This document shows positions 44,255 through 52,602 of a stretch of 64,000 nucleotides of DNA, in pieces; the stretch's first letter is position 1; every line of letters starts with the position of its first letter. The notes beneath the pieces are model-generated. The model searched no databases, had not been told where the DNA came from, and saw only the letters and a list, made by a program, of their open reading frames with translations. Made by a program: the position numbers and the translations under genes. Source of the DNA: Candidatus Omnitrophota bacterium (GTDB lineage Bacteria; Omnitrophota; Gorgyraeia; Ghiorseimicrobiales; Ghiorseimicrobiaceae); NCBI GenBank assembly GCA_030681595.1, contig JAUXSB010000055.1, forward strand, positions 364 to 64,363, written 5' to 3'.

Positions 44255-44375
44255 TAAGGAGTTGCGCCGAAAGCTAAACACTCGAAAATTTGTTACAAAT
44301 TTTCTTATAGCTTTCGGTATCAATTCGCGCAAATAACTTACATCTGCTGCGCATTCGTAAGTTATGCGCTCATTG
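44255..44375 (+). promoter_or_regulatory. Second copy of the composite leader repeat ('gcgccgaaagc' nested hairpin, then 'ataacttac..gtaagttat', then 'gcgctcattgaaagg'), directly before the ATG at 44389.
   Basis: Near-identical to 42700-42870 (for example 'ttgcgccgaaagctaaacactcgaaaatttgttacaaattttcttatagctttcggtatc'). Confidence 0.5.
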
Positions 44376-44388
44376 AAAGGATAAAATT

Positions 44389-44967
44389 ATGGAAGGCAAG
44401 AATTTCAAGCGAAAAAAATATTTTTTAAAAAATTCCTCGCAGCCGGTTTTAATTTTAAAAGTTTATCTTTTGCTTATTGTAGTGATGTTTTTGTCTGGCG
44501 CGGTATTTTATTTTATCGGAAACAAAAATTTAACTCATGAGTTATTCCAGGCGCACTCGGTAATAAAAACTACAATGCAGCTTTTATTTCCGGCTTTACT
44601 TTTGGTAAATATTATCGGCCTTTTGGGCGCAGCCTCTTTAGTAATATTTTTTACGCATTCTATCGCCGGGCCGATTCACCGCCTTAAGACTTTATCGGAA
44701 AAGATTGCCAGCGGAGATTTAACACTAGAAGTAAAATTCCGCAAGAGAGATGAAATTCAGGAATTAGCCGCGGTGATAAACAATATTATTAAAGGGTTGA
44801 ATTTCCGATTAAGAAATTTTGAAAATTCTTTATATAAGCTGCGCGGATTATCCGTAAAAATAAACGATATCGATAAACTTTCGCATGGGGAACTTAACAA
44901 CCTTAAAAATTCTCTTATGGCGGTAAGCGAAGAACTGGAAGAAAAGATAAAAAAGTTTAATTTATAG
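44389..44967 (+). CDS. Membrane protein with a HAMP-like linker domain (signal-transduction-type); function unknown.
   Basis: Two TM segments flanking a periplasmic loop. 'IAGPIHRLKTLSEKIASGDLTLEVKFRKRDEIQELAAVINNIIKGL' resembles a HAMP domain. Confidence 0.45.
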   Translation: MEGKNFKRKKYFLKNSSQPVLILKVYLLLIVVMFLSGAVFYFIGNKNLTHELFQAHSVIKTTMQLLFPALLLVNIIGLLGAASLVIFFTHSIAGPIHRLKTLSEKIASGDLTLEVKFRKRDEIQELAAVINNIIKGLNFRLRNFENSLYKLRGLSVKINDIDKLSHGELNNLKNSLMAVSEELEEKIKKFNL

Positions 44968-45089
44968 CATCTACCCCGTATATTAAGAAGCTAGCGTTTT
45001 TCAAACCCGCGTTTTTTACTTCTCTAATGTCTTATTCAATGCTATAATTGCCCATAGTTATTATTTAAACAGCAAAAAAGGAGGCCTTT

Positions 45090-45593
45090 ATGGAGAATCC
45101 GTTGCGAAAGAATCTTATTTTTGCGCTCATTACGATCTCTATTGGAGGATTGCTGTTGCATTTAAGGATTCATCCTCTTATTGTAGATGGAATTTTAGAA
45201 TTCGAGCATCTTATTCCTGCTGTTTTTGGCGCTTTAAGCGTTATTGTAGTACCTTGTCTTTTTTTAAAACAAAATACTGCGGATTTGGCGTATCTTTTAA
45301 CCGGATTAAGCGTTATTTTTGGCGCGATCATAATGAGCCATTTATCTATCGCGACATGGGAAGGGGGAGTCTCCTTGCTGAAAATTATGCTTAAGACGAC
45401 ATTAGCTGATTCCTTGATACTCTTAGCGAAGTTTTTTATAGGAAAAGCCTTATTTGAGAGCTATTTTCCTGAGCGCCTAAAATTAAATTGTCAATTTCCT
45501 CAAAGTTTTCGGTTTTTGTTTGACGGTTGGTGGCTTCTGCATTTTATAGGCATTACGGTGGTTTATACGTTGGGAGCGGTTTTATTTAAGTAA
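45090..45593 (+). CDS. Hypothetical integral membrane protein (about 5 TM).
   Basis: Hydrophobicity only. RBS 'aaaaggagg' upstream. Confidence 0.4.
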   Translation: MENPLRKNLIFALITISIGGLLLHLRIHPLIVDGILEFEHLIPAVFGALSVIVVPCLFLKQNTADLAYLLTGLSVIFGAIIMSHLSIATWEGGVSLLKIMLKTTLADSLILLAKFFIGKALFESYFPERLKLNCQFPQSFRFLFDGWWLLHFIGITVVYTLGAVLFK

Positions 45594-45820
45594 GGATGCG
45601 CCGAAAGCAAAACGCGCGAAAATTTCAAAAAATTTTCTTGCTGCTTTCGGCATCAATTCGCGCAAATAACTTATTCACGCTACACATTCGTAAGTTATGC
45701 ATTGCGCCGAAAGCAAAGCACTCGAAAATTTCAAAAAATTTTCTTGCTGCTTTCGGCATCAATTCCGACAGATAGTTTACGTAAATTTCATTTACGTAAA
45801 CTATGCCGTCATTGAGGAGG
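45594..45820 (+). promoter_or_regulatory. Two tandem copies of the 'gcgccgaaagc..ttttcttgctgctttcggcatcaattc' hairpin module, each followed by a palindrome ('ataacttattcacgctacacattcgtaagttat', then the variant 'tagtttacgtaaatttcatttacgtaaacta'), ending in 'gccgtcattgaggagg'.
   Basis: Read directly. Same family as 42700 and 44255. Confidence 0.5.
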
Positions 45821-45826
45821 GAACTC

Positions 45827-45931
45827 ATGAAAATAATAAAATATTTCACGATTGGCAAGCCCGGTTTTTGGATACTACATATAGCAGCTGTCGCAGGGAT
45901 TTTATTTTTAGGGGCAAAGATTAGATTCTAA
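45827..45931 (+). CDS. Small hydrophobic peptide (34 aa, MKIIKYFTIGKPGFWILHIAAVAGILFLGAKIRF); hypothetical.
   Basis: ATG 7 nt after the strong SD 'gaggaggg' that closes the conserved leader element. Single predicted TM helix. Not in the ORF track because it is shorter than the track cut-off. Confidence 0.35.
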   Translation: MKIIKYFTIGKPGFWILHIAAVAGILFLGAKIRF

Positions 45932-45945
45932 CAAATATAACGCAA

Positions 45946-47766
45946 ATGGATTTTTTTAGAAATTATAATTTTAAAAGCGCGATTAATAGGCCCTGGGTAA
46001 TCAGCGTTGTATTAATCGCGTTGATAGCGATAGTCGGATTTTATATTTACGCTAATTGTTTAGACGGAAAATTTATCTGGGATGATGTCTGGTATGTAAA
46101 AAATAATTTCCATATAAAGCACTGGTCGCATATCCGTAAGATTTTTACAAGTGATATATACCTCAGGACAGATTTTGGCACGGGTAACGCATTCTACCGG
46201 CCGCTTCAGATGTTTAGCTATATGATTGATTATTCTGTCTGGAAGCTTAATGTAAAAGGATACCATCTTAGCAATATTGCCTTACATATCCTCACCGCGT
46301 TAAGCATATACTGGTTAATTAATATCCTCTGGCGCGATCAATACCTTTCATTGTTTACCGCCTTATTATTTATCACCCATCCCATACATACTGAAGCGGT
46401 TGACTATATAGCTGGACGGGCGGATTCTTTAGCCGCTTTGTTTGTAATCATTTCTTTCGTATTATATATAAAGCAGATTGATGGCAGGCGTATGGGTATA
46501 AGCTTCTTGATGCTGGCAAGCTATATTTTAGCGCTTCTTTCTAAGGAATACAGCTTGATCTTATTGGGGGTATTGCTGCTCTATAGTTATACTTTTAAAC
46601 GCAGCTTAAAGAACAGGGGTTTTTATCTGATTTTAATCGCCAGCTTTAGCTATATCTTATTGAGGCTGACTATCCTAAAGAAATTACTGATTGTGCAGTT
46701 AAGCTTCGATAATGGCTTTTTAGAAAGAATCCCGGGATTCTTTGTCGCGATAACCAATTATATAAGGCTTCTAGTGTTTCCGTTTAATCTGCATATGGAA
46801 TACGGCATTGATTTATTTGATATTAGGGACCCCAAGGCGATAGCAGGTGCTTTATCGGCTATTCTTTTGCTTTTTTTTGCGTTTAAAAAACGAAAGACAG
46901 ATAAATTAGCCTTTTTTTCTGTTTCCTGGTTTTTTATAACATTGCTGCCGGTTTCAAATCTTTATCCTATCAATGCTTATATGGCCGAACACTGGTTATA
47001 TTTGCCTTCCTTAGGATTTTTTTTAATCGTCGCGAGATTCCTATGGTCGCTATTTAGGACGGCGCGTTTTAGAAGCATTGCGTTGTTTTGCGTGCTAGCC
47101 CTGGCGTCGTTTTACTCGTATTTGACTATAAAACAAAACGAATATTGGAGGGATCCGATAGTTTTTTTTCAGAGGACGCTCGAGTATTCTCCTTATAGTG
47201 CGCGATTATACCTTAATCTCGCCAATGCTTATAGCGATTCCGGCAGATATGACGAAGCCATTGGTTCATACAAGAAAGCAATAGAACTACTCCCGGATTG
47301 CGCTGATGCATACACCAATTTTGGCGTAGTCTATAGCAGGCTGGGTAGGCACGAGGAGGCGATTGCCTTATACAAGAAGGCGATAGAAATAGCTCCGGAT
47401 AACGCGCAGGCATACACAAACCTCGGTAATGCTTATATGGATATTGGAAGGCATAATGAGGCGATTGTCTTATACAGGAAGGCGATAGAAATAAATAAGG
47501 GCCATGCGGAAGCATATTATAATTTAGGAGTGGCATATGATAGGCTCGAGAATCCTAAAGAGGCGATCATTGCTTACAGAAAGGCGATCGAGATTAACCC
47601 GGCGCATACGGATGCTTATTATAATCTTGGGATTTTGTATGTTGGCTTAGGCGATAAGTTAAAAGCAATAGAATTTTTCAAAAAATCCATAGAAGCCGAT
47701 CCTGATAATATTGATGCCGCCTATAACCTTGAGGTTATGCGTATTTCACAGGGCAGTAAAAATTAG
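45946..47766 (+). CDS. Polytopic membrane protein (GT-C / protein-O-mannosyltransferase-like N-terminal domain) fused to C-terminal TPR repeats.
   Basis: About 11 TM helices in the N-terminal 400 aa. Then 7 or more canonical 34-aa TPR units ('AYTNLGNAYMDIGRHNEAIVLYRKAIEI...'). Confidence 0.65.
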   Translation: MDFFRNYNFKSAINRPWVISVVLIALIAIVGFYIYANCLDGKFIWDDVWYVKNNFHIKHWSHIRKIFTSDIYLRTDFGTGNAFYRPLQMFSYMIDYSVWKLNVKGYHLSNIALHILTALSIYWLINILWRDQYLSLFTALLFITHPIHTEAVDYIAGRADSLAALFVIISFVLYIKQIDGRRMGISFLMLASYILALLSKEYSLILLGVLLLYSYTFKRSLKNRGFYLILIASFSYILLRLTILKKLLIVQLSFDNGFLERIPGFFVAITNYIRLLVFPFNLHMEYGIDLFDIRDPKAIAGALSAILLLFFAFKKRKTDKLAFFSVSWFFITLLPVSNLYPINAYMAEHWLYLPSLGFFLIVARFLWSLFRTARFRSIALFCVLALASFYSYLTIKQNEYWRDPIVFFQRTLEYSPYSARLYLNLANAYSDSGRYDEAIGSYKKAIELLPDCADAYTNFGVVYSRLGRHEEAIALYKKAIEIAPDNAQAYTNLGNAYMDIGRHNEAIVLYRKAIEINKGHAEAYYNLGVAYDRLENPKEAIIAYRKAIEINPAHTDAYYNLGILYVGLGDKLKAIEFFKKSIEADPDNIDAAYNLEVMRISQGSKN

Positions 47767-47812
47767 CCGATAATTTTAAGTATTTAAATAGCGCCAGAGG
47801 AGGAAGGAAGAT

Positions 47813-48526
47813 ATGTCGAACGATGCGATTATTTTAATAGGAGCCGCGTTGAGCATCGGTTTTTTTCATACTGTATTTGGGCCGGACCATTACTTGCCTT
47901 TTGTTGCGATGTCTAAGGCGCGAAAGTGGAATATGGCTAAAACCGGAGTAGTCACATTATTATGCGGCTTGGGGCATGTGTTAAGTTCCGTTGTGCTTGG
48001 GTTTATAGGCATAGCTTTGGGTGTTGCCGTTTTTAAATTAGAGTCTATTGAGTCTTTTCGCGGCGATATCGCCGCCTGGTTTATGCTTATTTTTGGTTTT
48101 ACCTATTTTGTCTGGGGCTTGCGCATGGCAATCCGTAACAAGCCCCACAACCATTCTCATGAACACGCCAGGCATGGGTTGCATGAACATCCGCATAAGC
48201 ATAGCGATGAACACCTGCATATTCACGCGGCCAATGAAAAAGCCAATATAACTCCGTGGGTTCTTTTTACCATTTTTGTATTCGGGCCATGCGAGCCGCT
48301 CATCCCTATTTTAATGTACCCGGCAGCCAAGGGTAATATAACATCGGTAGCGATAGTGGCAGCGGTTTTTGGCATCGCTACTATTTCTACGATGCTGGCA
48401 TTAGTATTTATTTTTTCTTACGGTTTATCTAAGATTCCGCTTGCAAGATTAGAAAGGTATTCGCATGCCCTTGCCGGCCTGATAATTTTTTTCTGCGGGG
48501 GGGCAATTAAGTTTTTGGGGTTATAG
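47813..48526 (+). CDS. RcnA/HupE-UreJ-like nickel/cobalt transporter with a His-rich cytoplasmic loop.
   Basis: 'FGPDHYLP' and 'FGPCEPLIP' TM motifs. Loop 'NHSHEHARHGLHEHPHKHSDEHLHIHAANE'. Confidence 0.6.
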   Translation: MSNDAIILIGAALSIGFFHTVFGPDHYLPFVAMSKARKWNMAKTGVVTLLCGLGHVLSSVVLGFIGIALGVAVFKLESIESFRGDIAAWFMLIFGFTYFVWGLRMAIRNKPHNHSHEHARHGLHEHPHKHSDEHLHIHAANEKANITPWVLFTIFVFGPCEPLIPILMYPAAKGNITSVAIVAAVFGIATISTMLALVFIFSYGLSKIPLARLERYSHALAGLIIFFCGGAIKFLGL

Positions 48527-48530
48527 ATAC

Positions 48531-50213
48531 TTATTCTGCGGGATTATTTAATCCGAGCGGCTCTTTAAATTTATCCGCAACTTCATAGCCAAACCAGATA
48601 GCCTTTTTAAAATATTTCCTTGCCATATCATAATCCTTGCAATAATAGTAAACAGTAGCTAATTCACGGTAAGCCTTCGCAAAGCTGGGATCAATCTCTA
48701 TTGCTTTGCTTAGTGCTTTGATTGCCTCATCCGGTTTATTTATTTCATTATATACAACACCGAGATTACGATATGCAGATGGATAATTCGGCTGGATTTT
48801 CAGGGCTTTTTCAAATGCCTTAATCGCTTCAGCATATTCACGGATTATGAAATAACAACAACCTATATTATTATATACCTCTGCCGAATCAGGATAAATC
48901 TTAACAATCTTGAATAGTATCGCTAGTGCTTTTTTCGCCTCTCCTGTCTTAGAATATTCATCTCCGAGATTAATAAGCATATCCGGGTTATCAGGATTAT
49001 AGCGCAGCGATTGCTCGTAAAGCGATACAGGGTTATTCCAAAAGTAATTTTGCTTTATTGTCAAAAAGGAAAACATTAAAACCGCGCAAACCGTAGCTGA
49101 TATTGCGTACGGTTTTATTTGTTTTAAGCCGCAGAAATATAGAAGCACCCGTGCTAGAATAAGAAAAAAGCCAAAAGAAGGAAGATAAAGGAAGTGTTCG
49201 GCCATAAAGAATGCCAGCGGATATATATTTGAAACGGGTAGCAGCGTAATTAAAAACCAGATAAGCGCAAAAGACAACAGAGGATTTTGTTTTCTTTGTT
49301 TTACAGCGATAATGCATATTACGATTACAGCGCATATACCGGTGATTACTATCGCGTCGCTAAGAAGGAATATTTTTTTCCCGTAGTTTATATGGAGATG
49401 AATCGGGAACGTCAAGAGCCGGACATAGCTCAATATTGCGGCAAAAAACCCCGGGATCCTTTCTGGGATTGTCGAGATAGATGATGGCCTGAATGGAGCT
49501 GATTGGAGAATAAATAGCCGTAAGATAACGTATGTGCAAGTAAATATTGCCGTGGTAATAAAGGCCGCAATAGGTATTCGTTTGCGAAAGATGTAATGAT
49601 AAGAAAGTAAAAGCGCCGGAAATATCAAGGCATCCTCTTTCGATAGTAGCGCAAGGGTATAAGAAAGCGCCATAGCGGCATAATAGGCGATTTTGTTTTT
49701 TCTGTTGGTATCGATATTTTTTATATAGCAGATAAATCCAGTCAGGATAAATAACGCAGATAAAATTCCGCCTCGCCCGGAAATATAACTAACCGATTCA
49801 GCGTGAACAGGATGTGTAATAAATAATACCGATGTCAAAAAAGAAAGATAGCTATTTCCGGATAATAGGTAGGTTAGCCAATAGATACACAGTGCTACAA
49901 AAATATGCAGGATTGTATTTGTAATATGGTATCCGGTAACTGACAGATTCGAAAAATAATAATCTGCCATATAAGTGATTATTTGCAGGGGGCGGTAAAA
50001 AGCACTTCTTGTCTCTACTTGACCGCTACCTTTAAAACTGGTTGTTAAAACTGTTGGTGTATTGCGGAAACTTCTTATATGAACATTATCCGTAATCAGG
50101 CCAGAATCATCCCAGATAAACGGCGCATCAAAGGATGTGCTGTATGTGCGCCAGCCCAGAAGGATTATTAATATTGTTGTTAATAAATGAAATATTTTGT
50201 GATTGTTCTGCAT
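48531..50213 (-). CDS. Paralog of 45946-47766: polytopic GT-C/PMT-like membrane domain fused to TPR repeats. This is the only minus-strand gene.
   Basis: Same architecture, with shared blocks such as 'YHLSNIALHILTALSIYWLI' versus 'YHITNTILHIFVALCIYWLT' and 'FITLLPVSNLYPINAYMAEHWLYLPSLGFFLI' versus 'FLITLLPVSNIYPLAFFMAEHFLYLPSFGFFLI'. Confidence 0.65.
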   Translation of the reverse strand: MQNNHKIFHLLTTILIILLGWRTYSTSFDAPFIWDDSGLITDNVHIRSFRNTPTVLTTSFKGSGQVETRSAFYRPLQIITYMADYYFSNLSVTGYHITNTILHIFVALCIYWLTYLLSGNSYLSFLTSVLFITHPVHAESVSYISGRGGILSALFILTGFICYIKNIDTNRKNKIAYYAAMALSYTLALLSKEDALIFPALLLSYHYIFRKRIPIAAFITTAIFTCTYVILRLFILQSAPFRPSSISTIPERIPGFFAAILSYVRLLTFPIHLHINYGKKIFLLSDAIVITGICAVIVICIIAVKQRKQNPLLSFALIWFLITLLPVSNIYPLAFFMAEHFLYLPSFGFFLILARVLLYFCGLKQIKPYAISATVCAVLMFSFLTIKQNYFWNNPVSLYEQSLRYNPDNPDMLINLGDEYSKTGEAKKALAILFKIVKIYPDSAEVYNNIGCCYFIIREYAEAIKAFEKALKIQPNYPSAYRNLGVVYNEINKPDEAIKALSKAIEIDPSFAKAYRELATVYYYCKDYDMARKYFKKAIWFGYEVADKFKEPLGLNNPAE

Positions 50214-50417
50214 TTTTTGTCAAAACTAAGGATGAGTATTAAATTATTGGCTTTGAATCTATTTTAATATTTTTGCTTGAGGTAATCAAGTTAATTTTAA
50301 AGTTTATAATCGTCATCGTGATCCGGATTAGGGATAGTTCTGAAAAAAGTTGCGACAGGATTATAATTATTGTATACTAATACAGTAACTTATAACAGTA
50401 TAGGTGGTTAGAACAAA

Positions 50418-51125
50418 ATGAAACTGTCTATTATCATCCCCACATATAATGAATCAAATACCATCGATGGCCTTATTAAATACGTGCAGTCTGTAAGCTT
50501 TCCCATTGATTATGAGATTATTATTATCGACGATGCTTCGGTTGATAGAACGCTTGAGAAAGAATTTTTGATCAAACAAAAGAATAAATTCGAAAAGAAT
50601 AATATCAGAATATTCCGGAATCGTCTTAACCGCGGAAAAGGATTTTCGATACGTAAGGGGATCCGGCGAGCAAAAGGGGATATTTTGATTATACAGGATG
50701 CCGATATGGAGTATGACCCCAGCGATATCCCTAAATTAATCGATCCGCTTATTAAAGGGGAAGCAGAGGTAGTATACGGAAGCCGGTTTTTAAATAGCGC
50801 GCGTCCTGAAGGGATGGCGTTTCCAAATTGGATAGCAAATAAGGTCCTTACAAAAATCACAAATATGCTTTTTGGGCTTAGGCTTACCGATATGGAGACA
50901 TGTTATAAGGTCTTTAGGGCAAGTATTATTAAAGGCATTAAGCTACGAACGAACAGGTTCACTTTTGAACCGGAAATCAGCGCTTTATTAGCTAAAAGGA
51001 AAATAAAAATTAAGGAATTACCGATAAAATATCACGGACGGACATCAAGAGAAGGAAAGAAGATAAAAGCGATTGATTTTGTGTTTGCTGTTTTGGTGTT
51101 GTTCTGGCAACGCCTTACACCATAA
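50418..51125 (+). CDS. Family-2 glycosyltransferase (polyprenol/dolichol-phosphate mannosyltransferase-like).
   Basis: 'LSIIIPTYNE', 'DDASVDRT' and 'IQDADMEYDP' GT2 motifs. 235 aa. Confidence 0.75.
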   Translation: MKLSIIIPTYNESNTIDGLIKYVQSVSFPIDYEIIIIDDASVDRTLEKEFLIKQKNKFEKNNIRIFRNRLNRGKGFSIRKGIRRAKGDILIIQDADMEYDPSDIPKLIDPLIKGEAEVVYGSRFLNSARPEGMAFPNWIANKVLTKITNMLFGLRLTDMETCYKVFRASIIKGIKLRTNRFTFEPEISALLAKRKIKIKELPIKYHGRTSREGKKIKAIDFVFAVLVLFWQRLTP

Positions 51126-51384
51126 ATAACTTCTGTTATGCCGTTTAGGCAGCGGTATTCGAAAGCTTGGAGCATCGGTTATGCTGGATGTAACAAAGAA
51201 AAGATACAGGTTATGAATTATTATCTGTGCCTAAATAATTAAAATACTTTTCAATTCTAATCAATTATAATATAATAAATGTATGTGTTGTTTACGCGCC
51301 AAAGGATAAATTCAGTCCTATGGCTTGCGCAGAGGCATATACTGTTCGTAGGTTATATCTTCATGCGAAAAAAGGAGTTTTTTA

Positions 51385-51681
51385 ATGTTTGATAAGATGA
51401 AACAATTATTTGAACTGCAAGGTAAAATGCAGGCTGTAAAGAAGGAATTGGAAAATTCTTCGGTGGAATCACAGTCAAGAGGCGGCGACATCAAGATTGT
51501 GATTAGGGGGGATCAAAAAGTAAGTTCTATCAATATAGCCGATTCTTTGTTGAGCCCGGAAAACAAGGCTTTATTTGAGAGAGATTTAGTTAATTGTTTT
51601 AATGAGGCCATAAAGAAATCTCAAGGCTTAGCCGCTGAAAAAATGAAACAGGTAACCGGGATAAATTTACCGGGGTTTTAA
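51385..51681 (+). CDS. ybaB: YbaB/EbfC family nucleoid-associated DNA-binding protein.
   Basis: 98 aa. 'MKQLFELQGKMQAVKKELE...GGDIKIVIRGDQKVSSINI' is the typical YbaB pattern. Confidence 0.8.
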   Translation: MFDKMKQLFELQGKMQAVKKELENSSVESQSRGGDIKIVIRGDQKVSSINIADSLLSPENKALFERDLVNCFNEAIKKSQGLAAEKMKQVTGINLPGF

Positions 51682-51744
51682 AGAAGAAAGCAAGGGCAAG
51701 CGAATCTTAAGGAAAGGTATTAACTAACCTTGGCCTTATAATCG

Positions 51745-52134
51745 TTGAATCGAGTGAAAGCTATAAAAAATATTATTTGCCTATTTTTCGGCTTGTGTTT
51801 GTTATCCGGATGTTTCAGCCGTGAGAAGATGCAGGCTATTAATACTCTGCGCGATATAGCCAAAGAACGCGCGGAACAAGAAAAAATAGTTGAGCAGGAA
51901 AAGAAGAAGTTTCAACTGTTGCTTAAAGATATAGAAAACGGTACGCTGAAAAAGGGTTTAAGAGAGGGCGAAGTTTATAGGTCGTATGGCGCCCCATTAA
52001 GTACTAAATATTCAGAGGGGGAAGAAAAAAATAAAATATTGGTATTTGCCGAGCCGCTAAATTATTTTGGCGCCGGTAAGGTCTATTTGTATTTTGATGA
52101 ATATAACAAATTGGGTTCGTGGGAGGTTAAGTGA
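51745..52134 (+). CDS. Hypothetical lipoprotein.
   Basis: Lipobox 'LLSGCFS'. 129 aa. No recognisable domain. Confidence 0.4.
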   Translation: MNRVKAIKNIICLFFGLCLLSGCFSREKMQAINTLRDIAKERAEQEKIVEQEKKKFQLLLKDIENGTLKKGLREGEVYRSYGAPLSTKYSEGEEKNKILVFAEPLNYFGAGKVYLYFDEYNKLGSWEVK

Positions 52135-52325
52135 AGCCTCCGCCGAAGGCTGATCCGCCTGCGGCGGGGTCATTGTCCCGATAGCAAAGCGCTGCGTAGA
52201 TTTTTTCAAAATCTACTTGCAGCTATCGGGATTAATTCCGGCTGATAACTTATGCCCGCCCGACCAAATAGTCATTCGGGCGCGGTCGCCCCCAGGCTTC
52301 ATAAGTTATGCCGTCATTGAGGAGG
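52135..52325 (+). promoter_or_regulatory. Leader repeat: 'gataacttatg' - 'cgcccgaccaaatagtcattcgggcgcggtc' hairpin - 'cataagttatgccgtcattgaggagg' (SD).
   Basis: Combines the 8612-type hairpin with the 'ATAACTTA/TAAGTTAT'+SD module seen at 42820, 44320 and 45770. Confidence 0.45.
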
Positions 52326-52331
52326 AAGAAT

Positions 52332-52565
52332 ATGCCGTATGATAAGAATTTGGATGCTGAAATTTTTTCCGAAATCGTCGACTTCGGAGATACAAAAATA
52401 ACCGTAAGCGTGTTTTCTTATAACAAGGCTGAACCTAAATTGCAGGTTTCCCGACAGGTGAAAAGGGCGCAGGACGAATGGATTTTTGCTAAGCTGGGCA
52501 GGTTAAATAAACCTGAGGCGGAAGCAGTCGTACCATTGATGCAGAAAGCCATGGGGAAGATGTAA
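52332..52565 (+). CDS. Small hypothetical protein (77 aa), possibly a PC4/YdbC-like ssDNA-binding fold. Start moved to the ATG after the SD.
   Basis: ATG 7 nt after 'gaggagg'. 'ITVSVFSYNKAEPKLQVSRQ...KRAQDEWIFAKLGRL' resembles bacterial PC4-like proteins (weak). Confidence 0.4.
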   Translation: MPYDKNLDAEIFSEIVDFGDTKITVSVFSYNKAEPKLQVSRQVKRAQDEWIFAKLGRLNKPEAEAVVPLMQKAMGKM

Positions 52566-52602
52566 TTTCCGCGCTTGAGGTAGATTAAATTACGAGAAGG
52601 AT

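Noticed and set aside
45697-45924. Track ORF of 75 aa spanning the leader repeats.
   Set aside because: It reads across the tandem 'gcgccgaaagc' hairpin repeats and out of frame with the SD-proximal ATG. The short 45827-45931 ORF with the strong SD is the more plausible gene.
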